Shown here one piece after another: positions 21,027-29,046 of a stretch of 64,000 bases of DNA. The number at the start of each line of letters is the position of its first letter. Position 1 is the first letter of the stretch. The notes beneath the pieces are model-generated. The model ran no database searches. It saw only the letters and a list, made by a program, of their open reading frames with translations, and was not told the origin of the DNA. Origin of the DNA: Gemmatimonadaceae bacterium (lineage in GTDB: Bacteria > Gemmatimonadota > Gemmatimonadetes > Gemmatimonadales > Gemmatimonadaceae); contig JBHYGA010000001.1 of NCBI GenBank assembly GCA_051859245.1, positions 224,001 through 288,000 on the forward strand, read 5' to 3'. Position numbers and translations under genes: made by a program.

Positions 21027-21183
21027 ACGGCCTCCGGAGGGCAGCGGCGGGGAAGAAATCGGGGACGACCGGCGCGCCATTGCTGGCGGCGTGTCGCTTG
21101 TGCCCCTACCGTACCGCAGTCCCCTCAACTGGCTTTCGCGCGATTATCAATTCGACCGTCAACTTTCGACCAATTTTTCCAAG

Positions 21184-23646
21184 TTGCTGTCATTTCAGCT
21201 GTTCGGGTCACCACAGATGCGTCGCGACGGGGTTTCTCTGCATGGGAAAGCCTCGCAGAAGCGCAGGCTGGCGCTGCTCGCGCTACTCGCTGGGGCGCCG
21301 TCCCGTAGCGCTTCGCGCGATCGTCTGATCGGTGTGCTCTGGCCGGAGCGCGACGCCGCGCAAGCACGAAAACTATTGTCCGAATCGCTCTATGTGATCC
21401 GAAAAGAGTTCGGCGACGAACTGTTGGGCGCGTCTACGAGCGATGTGATCACGCTGAATAGCGACGCGCTGGAGTGCGACTACTGGCAATTCCAGGCGGC
21501 AATGGAGCGCGGCGATTTTTCCGAAGCTGCGGCACTCAGTGACGCGCCGCTGCTCGAAGGCCTCTTCCTTGATGATGCTGAAGAGTTTGAAAAGTGGCTT
21601 GATGGTGCGCGGAATCGAGTGGCTCGCGATCGGGAGAAGGCGCTCACGCACATCGCCGCCGAAGCGGAGTCGGCGGGTCGGTGGTTGGACGCGTCGCACG
21701 CCTGGCTGCGTTTGGTGCACGACGAACCGCTGAGCTCCCGCTTCGTGATGGCCGCCGCCGGCACGCTGGTAAAGGCAGGCGAGGCGCCGGCGGCGTTGCA
21801 GGCGCTCAGTGCCTTCGAGGATCGGTTACGGCGCGATATGGATGTGTCACCGGAGCCCGAGGTGCTCGCGCTTATGCGCCAGCTGCGCGCGGAACGTCCG
21901 GCGGCGGAAGTGCGCGTTGTAACGCCCAACTCGTCTTCCACCGTGCGGCCGCCACTCGTGCTGCCGGAGGCCCGTGCCGCTACGGAGCAGACGCCGGAGC
22001 GTACGGCAACGCGCGGGTGGCAGCGCTGGGTGACGGCCGCGGTGTTGGTGGTGGGTCTCATCATGGCGGGTGCGTGGTGGCGATCGGCGTCGGCTCCCGC
22101 CCAGCCCGCGTTCGACGCGCGACGTCTCGCCGTTTTGTACTTTCGCGACGGCAGCGCCGAGCAGGATCTCGCGCCCATCGCGGACCTCATCACGGAATCG
22201 GTCATCGAGCAGCTCGCGGGCTCGTCGGCGTTCGAGGTCATCCCGGTGAGCGGCGTGCGCCCGTTTCGCGATGCCACTATCGGCTTGGACAGCATTGTCC
22301 AACGACTTCGCGTGGGCAGTGTGATCGAGGGGTCCGTCCACCGCGCCACCGACGAACGACTGGTGGTGCGCGTACGCTTGATCGATTCGGAAAGTGGCGC
22401 CGTGGTGTTGTCGAGCGGTCTAGAGCGAAACGCGAACGAACTGTTCGCGCTTGAAGAAGATGTCGCGCGTGAACTGGCGCAGGGTATTCGGCAGCGTCTC
22501 GGTCGCGATGTGCGGCTCACACAGTTGCAGCGCGGCTCGAACAATGTGCGGGCGTGGCGGTTGGTAGCGCGCGGCGCACGTGAGCGTGAGGACGCGATGC
22601 GACTCATGTCCCAGCGTTCGTCTCGCGATTCCGTGGCGGCGTTCCGTGGGCTGCGCCGTGCCGATTCGCTCTTTGAGCAGGCGCAGATTGAAGATCGTGG
22701 CTGGACGCGTCCGGTGATTGAGCGGGCGTGGACTGCGTACGCCGCGTCGACGTTGCACGAAGGAGTCTCGCGCGTGCAGCTGCTGGATACTGCGATCAGC
22801 GAGATCTCGGCCTTGATTGACGGAAAGCGAGCGGACGCGGCGGCATTGCACGTACGCGGCACGCTGCGCTGGGCGCGCCTCAAATCATTGCCCCCGCCGT
22901 TGGACATGTCGCAGGTCTCGTCCGTTCTGCAAGAGCTTGAAACGGCGGTGGAACTGGATTCCACGATGGCGCGCGCGTGGAGCACACTCAGCAACGTGTA
23001 CTTGTTGCGTGGCGAAGTGGAACGGGCCGAGTCTGCGGGTCGACGTGCACTCGCGGTGGACGCCTACATTGAAGACGCACCCATGATTTATCGCAGTCTG
23101 GTGTCCACGTCGCTCTATCGCGGTGTGGTGGACAGTGCACGCGCGTGGTGCGCACGCGGCCAGCGCGACGATCCGCTCGACTGGTGGTTCACGGAGTGCG
23201 AACTCACGATCATGAAGTACGATCGGTCGGGCAGGGCCGACGAAGAACGTGCCTGGCGGCTGGTGGCGCGGTTGGATTCACTCGACCCACCCATGCTCGC
23301 CGCCTCGGCGGGCCATCGCTATTCGCCGGTGTATCGCCGTCTGGTGGCTGCCGCGATAAGTGCCCGTGCCGGCGATAAAGCACGCGCGCGTGCGGAGCTT
23401 GATCGGCAGCGCATGTTATCGGCGAACGATTCGTCGTTGTTGCTGGATCTTGTGCCCGAAGAAATCACGCTGTTGCTCGAGTTCGGTGAACGCGATGCCG
23501 CGCTCGAGCGCCTGCTGTGGGCAATTGAGCGACGGCCATTATTGCGCGGCGTGGTGGCCAACGATCCGATTCTGCAAACGTTCGTCGCCGATGTGCAGTC
23601 GGCCGACGGTGCGTCGCGCGCCACGTCGGTTCCGATCCGCCGCTAG
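21184..23646 (+). CDS. Membrane-spanning SARP/BTAD regulator with TolB-N-like and TPR C-terminal region
   Basis: wHTH (SRDRLIGVLWPE), BTAD (EFEKWLD..R, EP.SS), one TM, LAVLYF..GSV, TPR repeats; TTG start inferred. Confidence 0.85.
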   Translation: MLSFQLFGSPQMRRDGVSLHGKASQKRRLALLALLAGAPSRSASRDRLIGVLWPERDAAQARKLLSESLYVIRKEFGDELLGASTSDVITLNSDALECDYWQFQAAMERGDFSEAAALSDAPLLEGLFLDDAEEFEKWLDGARNRVARDREKALTHIAAEAESAGRWLDASHAWLRLVHDEPLSSRFVMAAAGTLVKAGEAPAALQALSAFEDRLRRDMDVSPEPEVLALMRQLRAERPAAEVRVVTPNSSSTVRPPLVLPEARAATEQTPERTATRGWQRWVTAAVLVVGLIMAGAWWRSASAPAQPAFDARRLAVLYFRDGSAEQDLAPIADLITESVIEQLAGSSAFEVIPVSGVRPFRDATIGLDSIVQRLRVGSVIEGSVHRATDERLVVRVRLIDSESGAVVLSSGLERNANELFALEEDVARELAQGIRQRLGRDVRLTQLQRGSNNVRAWRLVARGAREREDAMRLMSQRSSRDSVAAFRGLRRADSLFEQAQIEDRGWTRPVIERAWTAYAASTLHEGVSRVQLLDTAISEISALIDGKRADAAALHVRGTLRWARLKSLPPPLDMSQVSSVLQELETAVELDSTMARAWSTLSNVYLLRGEVERAESAGRRALAVDAYIEDAPMIYRSLVSTSLYRGVVDSARAWCARGQRDDPLDWWFTECELTIMKYDRSGRADEERAWRLVARLDSLDPPMLAASAGHRYSPVYRRLVAAAISARAGDKARARAELDRQRMLSANDSSLLLDLVPEEITLLLEFGERDAALERLLWAIERRPLLRGVVANDPILQTFVADVQSADGASRATSVPIRR

Positions 23647-23654
23647 CCTGTCAG

Positions 23655-24137
23655 CTATTCGTCGCCAATCACATCGTAGATCGATGTGGGATAGTGAATG
23701 ATGCCCCACGTATTCTCGGGCGAGTCGTAGTAGCGCTTGATCAGCTGATCGTACTCGTTCACGGTAAGACGGCCCGCGTAGTATGGCAGCGCGAACTTTT
23801 CCACGGCTGATTCCGTCAGGAACACCGCGTCCACTTCACTCGCCTTGTACGTGCGTGTTTTCGCACCCTTGTTCGGCGTGGTGATCGTGATGATCGTCTC
23901 GCCTTCGCGTGCATGATTCATTGCACCGCGCCGAGCAGAATCGACGGTGAGCAGAATGTCTACTTTTTCTCCCGCGGCGCGGCGCGCATCGATCTCCGAG
24001 TTTGTGAGCACGTCGTACGTTGCGGCGTCGCCAGTACCAATGCGTACAATGGCTTGCAGTTCACCGCGTCGGCCGTCGGCCTTCTCACCGAGACGTCGGA
24101 GAAGATCGGCGGGGATTGGTGGAAAGTCGTTCTGCAT
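23655..24137 (-). CDS. Hypothetical protein (160 aa)
   Basis: GAGAG RBS; globular composition; motif DAVFLTESAVEKFALPYY and C-terminal HYPTS. Confidence 0.75.
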   Translation of the reverse strand: MQNDFPPIPADLLRRLGEKADGRRGELQAIVRIGTGDAATYDVLTNSEIDARRAAGEKVDILLTVDSARRGAMNHAREGETIITITTPNKGAKTRTYKASEVDAVFLTESAVEKFALPYYAGRLTVNEYDQLIKRYYDSPENTWGIIHYPTSIYDVIGDE

Positions 24138-24339
24138 GGATCGGCTCTCGTGAGAATGGAGACGGGGTAGTGGATCGCAGCGTGGCGCGCGATTTGGAGA
24201 GTGTGTCGGGTGGCGAGCTGAACCACGCAACACAACGAGCATAGACGGTTCGTGGCGGGCCGTCTATAGGGCATTTGCCCAATTGATGTCACGCGCCGGG
24301 TACGACATCATGCGTGAGCCCCTTAACGAGGTCTTGCGT

Positions 24340-24720
24340 ATGTCGTCTCTTGGAGTTGGTCGGATCGTCTCAACGTTCGTACTGATGGCGGTCAGTTGCG
24401 CGTCGTACGACCCGTCGGTCGACGGTCGAGCGGAACAATGGCGCAACTGGTTTGAACGTCGACAGTTTGGTGAAGATCCCTATTTTTTCTTTCCGAGTGG
24501 CACGACCGGACCAACGGGCTGTCCCGCGAATGAGCGGCTGGCCTACGGCGGACGTGATTCCGTTGGTGTACAGCTCGAAGTGATCGATGATCGTGGTGCG
24601 CAGCCGCAGGTGCGCGCGAGATGTACCGTGCGTTTTGACGAGCTCGACGGTACGCCGGAAGTTCGGGCCCTGCCCGACGGGCGTGCAATGTGGGCGCTGC
24701 GCACACGGAGGACACCATGA
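24340..24720 (+). CDS. Hypothetical lipoprotein
   Basis: GAGG RBS, hydrophobic leader with lipobox-like AVSC, stop overlaps the next ATG. Confidence 0.55.
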   Translation: MSSLGVGRIVSTFVLMAVSCASYDPSVDGRAEQWRNWFERRQFGEDPYFFFPSGTTGPTGCPANERLAYGGRDSVGVQLEVIDDRGAQPQVRARCTVRFDELDGTPEVRALPDGRAMWALRTRRTP

Positions 24721-24914
24721 CTCGGCGCGGCAAGGCACACAAGAGCATCGTCTACCAGTACTATCTGCACGAGGGCGAGCTGTCACAGCGCAGCGTACCG
24801 CGTCGATCGTCACGCGCGCGTGCGGAGACGCCTGAGAAACACGTTGCGCCGCCGCAGATTGAACCGGAAGTGCTGCCGCGCGTAGTTGACGACGATACGG
24901 ATCTGTTTATCTGA
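24717..24914 (+). CDS. Small hypothetical protein (65 aa)
   Basis: GGAGGA RBS and ATGA overlap with the upstream ORF. Confidence 0.55.
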   Translation: MTRRGKAHKSIVYQYYLHEGELSQRSVPRRSSRARAETPEKHVAPPQIEPEVLPRVVDDDTDLFI

Positions 24915-24943
24915 CACGCACATCGCGCGCGTCTGTGTGCGTG

Positions 24944-27900
24944 CTAGCGGTAGTTGTGCCCTTTCACAAAATCTTCACCGCTTTGTGCACGCAACGCACG
25001 AAACGTACGCGCGCGTACATTCACCACACGCCCTTCCACCTGCAGCGTGCCACGCACGAGCAGCAGGGGGGACCCGGAAATCACTTTGGCATCACGCTCA
25101 AAACGTTTGGGCGTAATGACCACGTTGATCATGCCGGTTTCGTCTTCGAGTGTGAGAAAGACAAAACCTTTGGCCGTACCCGGACGCTGTCGGCAGATCA
25201 CCAGTCCCGCGGTACCCACCGGTTCTCCATCGCGACCATCCTGCACCAGCTCACGCGCCGTTCGTATACCGTTCATGGTGAGCGCTTCGCGCACGTGTTT
25301 CATGGGATGACCCGCGAGTGACAGTCCGGTCATCTTGTAATCCGCCGCCGTGAGTTCTACCGCCGTAAGTGCAGGAACGCCCGCGGGCGCAGGCGTCATG
25401 CCTTGTGGCGCGAGTGGCCCGGCATCACCACGTTGCGCCGCGAGCAACTCCCACAACGCGACGCGACGTCTGCGCGCGGGTGGCTCATGCGCGAACAACT
25501 CGTCAAACGCACCGCTTTCCGCGAGTCGGGTCACGGATCCGCGGTCCAGTTGCACGCGTTGCACAAAATCCGTGACGCTGGTGAAGGGTCCATTGGCCAG
25601 TGCACGTTCGAGCTCAGTGCGGGCGCGTGAACCGAGCCCGCGTACGAGGCGCAGGCCGAGGCGGACGGCGGGTGGCGACTGTGGATTGGTGTTCGCATTG
25701 GTCTGCGGTTCTTTAGCGCGCCACGCCACCACCCCATCGTGCGGCACCAACACACGCCCGTCGGTGAGTTCGAGGGTGTGATCCCACGCGCTGCGCGTGA
25801 TATCGATCGCGCGTACTTCCACGCCGTGTCGTTTGGCGTCTTCGACCAGCGTGCCTGGCGAATAGAATCCCATGGGCTGCGCGTTCAGAATCGACGCGGT
25901 GAACTCGGCACCGTAGTAGTGACGCAGATACGCCGTGGCGTACACGATCAACGCAAAACTTGCCGCGTGACTCTCCGGAAATCCGTAGTCGGCAAACGCG
26001 TTGATCTGATTGTAAATGCGACGCGCAATGTCTTCGGCAATGCCGTTGCGCGCCATGCCGGCAATGAGCTGTTCACCAATGTCTGCCATACGCTCACGAC
26101 TGCGCTTGTGCCCCATGGCGCGGCGCAACACATCGGCCTGACCGGGAGTAAAACCCGCCGCTGCAATCGCCACCTGCATGCCCTGCTCCTGAAAGAGCGG
26201 AATGCCGAGTGTGCGTTTCAGTGCGTGTTCAACCGCCGGGTGCGGATACGTGATGGGTTCAAGTCCCGCACGACGGCGCAAATACGGATGCACCATGTCG
26301 CCTTGGATCGGTCCGGGTCGAATGAGTGCAACTTCAACAACCAGATCGTAAAAACAGCGCGGCTTGAGACGCGGCAACGTGTTCATTTGCGCGCGGCTCT
26401 CGACCTGGAACACACCAACGGTGTCCGCGGCGCAGAGCTGGTCGTACACCGCCTGGTCCGTCATGTCGAGTTGCGCGAGATCAATGTCAATGCCGCGCGT
26501 GTGTTTGAGATACAGCAGACAATCCTGCACCACCGTGAGCATGCCGAGTCCGAGCAAGTCGATTTTTACAAAGCCCACCGGATCAAGATCGTCTTTCTCC
26601 CATTGAATGACGGTGCGTCCCGGCATGCTGGCTGGTTCAATCGGCACAACACTGCCGAGGGGTTCGCGACTGAGCACGAAGCCGCCTACGTGGATGGAGC
26701 GATGGCGCGGTAGTTGATGCAGACCGGCGACCACGTTGGCGAGTACGGCGACGCGTGGGTCAGACGGGTCGAGGCCGACAGATTCGAGCAGTGGGTTGCT
26801 GGCGGTGCCGTTGGTGGGATTGGTGGTTGTGTTGTTGGTAGTGTTGGTTGTGCTATTGGTTGTGCTATTGGTTGTGCTGTTGGTTTTATTCGTTGCGTTG
26901 TCGGTTGTGTTGTTGGCACTGCTGTTGTTCGTGTCAGTTGCCGCACCGTCAGCTGCCACAAGACGCAGCTTGCGTGCGTCGTCATCCACCTGATTGGCCA
27001 GCCGCACCGCCTCGGTGCCGCTGATGAACTGTTGGCCGAGTCGCTGTACCAGAATGTCGCGCGGTGATGCACCACCGGCGGGGCCAACACGCGAGGCCAT
27101 GTCGGGGGAGAATGGATTGGCGAGCTGTTTCGCCTCATCGTTGTGCGCCGTGGCGGCAACCTTTGCAACGGCCTTCGCATCAGCGCGCGCAACTGCCTTT
27201 GCGGCCGCCTTGGCAACATGGCGTTCAGTTTCGCCGCGCCAATGATCGGTATTCACGCGCAGCGCAGCGCGGGCAATGGCACGTTCGTCGTCGCGCAAAT
27301 CCGGCGCGTGCTGACTGGTGGTGACTTCGTCTGCAAGACGTGGATCTGGCGCCAGACGATGCGCCGCCAGCTGCGCGTCGGACTGCGCGGCGTTGGCCGG
27401 TGCGTCTGTTTCTTCGTCACTTCCTTCATCACTTCCTTCATCACTGCCGTGCTCGACCCGCAGCGAGTTCGCGGTGGCTTTGGCACTGAACCGATCCGCA
27501 ACCGACGCCAGGGCTTCGCCCTGTTGCACACTGAAACCCAGCACGCGCGCCACATCACGCACGGCACTGCGTCCACGATAGGTGATCTGCTCACACACCA
27601 TGGCCGCGTGTTCACGCCCGTAACGTTCGTACACGTATTGCAGCACACGCTCGCGATCGCGATGCGCAAAATCAATGTCGATATCGGGTGGCTCCTGCCG
27701 GTCTTCGCTCAGGAACCGTTCAAACAGCAACTCCATGCGAATGGGATCAACGGCGGTAATACCCAGGCAATAACACACCGCGCTGTTCGCCGCCGAGCCG
27801 CGCCCCTGACAGAGAATGCCCTCGCGCCGCGCAAAGCGCACAATGTCCCACACAATCAGAAAGAACCCGGCCAGCCCGAGTTTGTTGATGAGTGCGAGTT

Positions 27901-28897
27901 CGTGCGCCAACTGCGCATCGTGTTTGGGTGTGCGACGGTCCGTGCCGGGCGCGCCCCAGCGTTCGGTCGCACCCTGCTCAAGCAGTTGTGCGAGATAGGT
28001 GTTGGCCGTCACGCCGGGTGGCAGCGGAAATGCCGGCAGCGCGGGACGCAGTTGTTGCAACCGAAATGCACAGCGTTCGGCAATCACCAGCGATTGCGCG
28101 AGCCCTGCTTCGTGTCCGCGCCACGTGACCGCGAGTTGCTCAGCACTCTTGAGATACCATTCGCCGTTGGGACGCAGCAGTGTGCCCATGGTATCCAGCG
28201 TTTGTTCATGACGCAGTGCGCTGAGCACATCGTGCACAATCCGTCCGTTGGGTTCTGCGTAATGCACGTTGTTGGTGACGACCCACGGTACACCAAGGGC
28301 GTGCGCGAGCGGCAACAGTCGACGCACGAGTTTGCGCTCTTCCGGCAGCCCATGGTCCCACACTTCCATGGCCACACGATCGTTGAAGATGTCGGTGAGC
28401 AGGCCGAGTGCGCGTCTGGCATCACGCATGCGCCCTTCACGCGCGAGTTGTGGCACCCAGCCGCGCGGGCAACCCGTGAGCGCAAACACACCCGCGGTAT
28501 GTTGCGCGAGTAGTTCAATCGAAACCGCCGGCTGTCCGCGAGGGCGATCCATGCGCGCGCGTGTGACGAGGGTGGAGAGATTGCCGTAGCCTTCGCGTGT
28601 TTCGGCGAGCAGGACAAGGTGTGTGTGTTGCGATGCAGGTGTCGTGGTGTCGCGTGCGGCGCCGCCTACATCAACCGTGAGCTCCACTCCCAGAATGCCA
28701 CCGAGTTCAACGGCCGCGGCGGCTTGGGCAAAGCGCACAATGCCGCCGAGTTCGTCGTGGTCGGTGATGGCGAGGGCTGGGTAGCCGAGTCCATGGGCGC
28801 GTTCCACGAGCGCCTCGGGCAGGGCCGCGCCGTCGAGCAGGGAGAAGGCCGAGTGGCAGTGCAGCTCGGCGTATTGTGGTGTGGAGTTCGGGGGCAC
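24944..28897 (-). CDS. dnaE2: Error-prone DNA polymerase III alpha subunit DnaE2 with a large insertion
   Basis: PHP HCHS..SLLDG, GRGSAANSAVCY, PPDIDID, HRSIHVGG, IQWEKDD, KIDLLGLGML, YGFPESHA, OB fold QRPGTAKG.F.TLEDETG. Confidence 0.96.
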   Translation of the reverse strand: MPPNSTPQYAELHCHSAFSLLDGAALPEALVERAHGLGYPALAITDHDELGGIVRFAQAAAAVELGGILGVELTVDVGGAARDTTTPASQHTHLVLLAETREGYGNLSTLVTRARMDRPRGQPAVSIELLAQHTAGVFALTGCPRGWVPQLAREGRMRDARRALGLLTDIFNDRVAMEVWDHGLPEERKLVRRLLPLAHALGVPWVVTNNVHYAEPNGRIVHDVLSALRHEQTLDTMGTLLRPNGEWYLKSAEQLAVTWRGHEAGLAQSLVIAERCAFRLQQLRPALPAFPLPPGVTANTYLAQLLEQGATERWGAPGTDRRTPKHDAQLAHELALINKLGLAGFFLIVWDIVRFARREGILCQGRGSAANSAVCYCLGITAVDPIRMELLFERFLSEDRQEPPDIDIDFAHRDRERVLQYVYERYGREHAAMVCEQITYRGRSAVRDVARVLGFSVQQGEALASVADRFSAKATANSLRVEHGSDEGSDEGSDEETDAPANAAQSDAQLAAHRLAPDPRLADEVTTSQHAPDLRDDERAIARAALRVNTDHWRGETERHVAKAAAKAVARADAKAVAKVAATAHNDEAKQLANPFSPDMASRVGPAGGASPRDILVQRLGQQFISGTEAVRLANQVDDDARKLRLVAADGAATDTNNSSANNTTDNATNKTNSTTNSTTNSTTNTTNNTTTNPTNGTASNPLLESVGLDPSDPRVAVLANVVAGLHQLPRHRSIHVGGFVLSREPLGSVVPIEPASMPGRTVIQWEKDDLDPVGFVKIDLLGLGMLTVVQDCLLYLKHTRGIDIDLAQLDMTDQAVYDQLCAADTVGVFQVESRAQMNTLPRLKPRCFYDLVVEVALIRPGPIQGDMVHPYLRRRAGLEPITYPHPAVEHALKRTLGIPLFQEQGMQVAIAAAGFTPGQADVLRRAMGHKRSRERMADIGEQLIAGMARNGIAEDIARRIYNQINAFADYGFPESHAASFALIVYATAYLRHYYGAEFTASILNAQPMGFYSPGTLVEDAKRHGVEVRAIDITRSAWDHTLELTDGRVLVPHDGVVAWRAKEPQTNANTNPQSPPAVRLGLRLVRGLGSRARTELERALANGPFTSVTDFVQRVQLDRGSVTRLAESGAFDELFAHEPPARRRRVALWELLAAQRGDAGPLAPQGMTPAPAGVPALTAVELTAADYKMTGLSLAGHPMKHVREALTMNGIRTARELVQDGRDGEPVGTAGLVICRQRPGTAKGFVFLTLEDETGMINVVITPKRFERDAKVISGSPLLLVRGTLQVEGRVVNVRARTFRALRAQSGEDFVKGHNYR
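26844..26885. repeat. 12-bp in-frame tandem repeat (about 3.5 copies, encodes TNST) inside dnaE2
   Basis: ttggttgtgcta x2, ttggttgtgctg, ttggtt. Confidence 0.9.
27412..27447. repeat. 12-bp in-frame tandem repeat (3 copies, encodes GSDE) inside dnaE2
   Basis: cttcgtcacttc cttcatcacttc cttcatcactgc. Confidence 0.85.
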
Positions 28898-28920
28898 GGA
28901 TCGGGTTCGTCGCAGGCTAA

Positions 28921-28942
28921 AACCGAATATAACCCGAATCTA
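28921..28942 (-). promoter_or_regulatory. Candidate LexA/SOS operator, direct repeat ATTCGG-N5-ATTCGG (ATTC-N7-ATTC) over a -10-like element
   Basis: Minus strand reads TAGATTCGGGTTATATTCGGTT; 11-bp period; just upstream of dnaE2. Confidence 0.55.
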
Positions 28943-29046
28943 GAGTCTGGTGCTATCCACCCACCGCCAGGGTTTCCGATCTCTGCGCGAGAAAGCACGG
29001 GTCACGGACCTTGATCAAAAGCGTGTTGCGGCTGTACAAGTAGCAT

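Noticed and set aside
21151..21171. TTCGACC direct repeat as a SARP binding site
   Set aside because: 14-bp period does not match the usual 11/22-bp SARP spacing; too weak alone
26800..26940. CRISPR-like array
   Set aside because: Short in-frame coding tandem repeats without unique spacers; no cas genes
26798..27454. Intein or intron in dnaE2
   Set aside because: No Cys/Ser start with His-Asn end, no LAGLIDADG motif, and the frame is continuous
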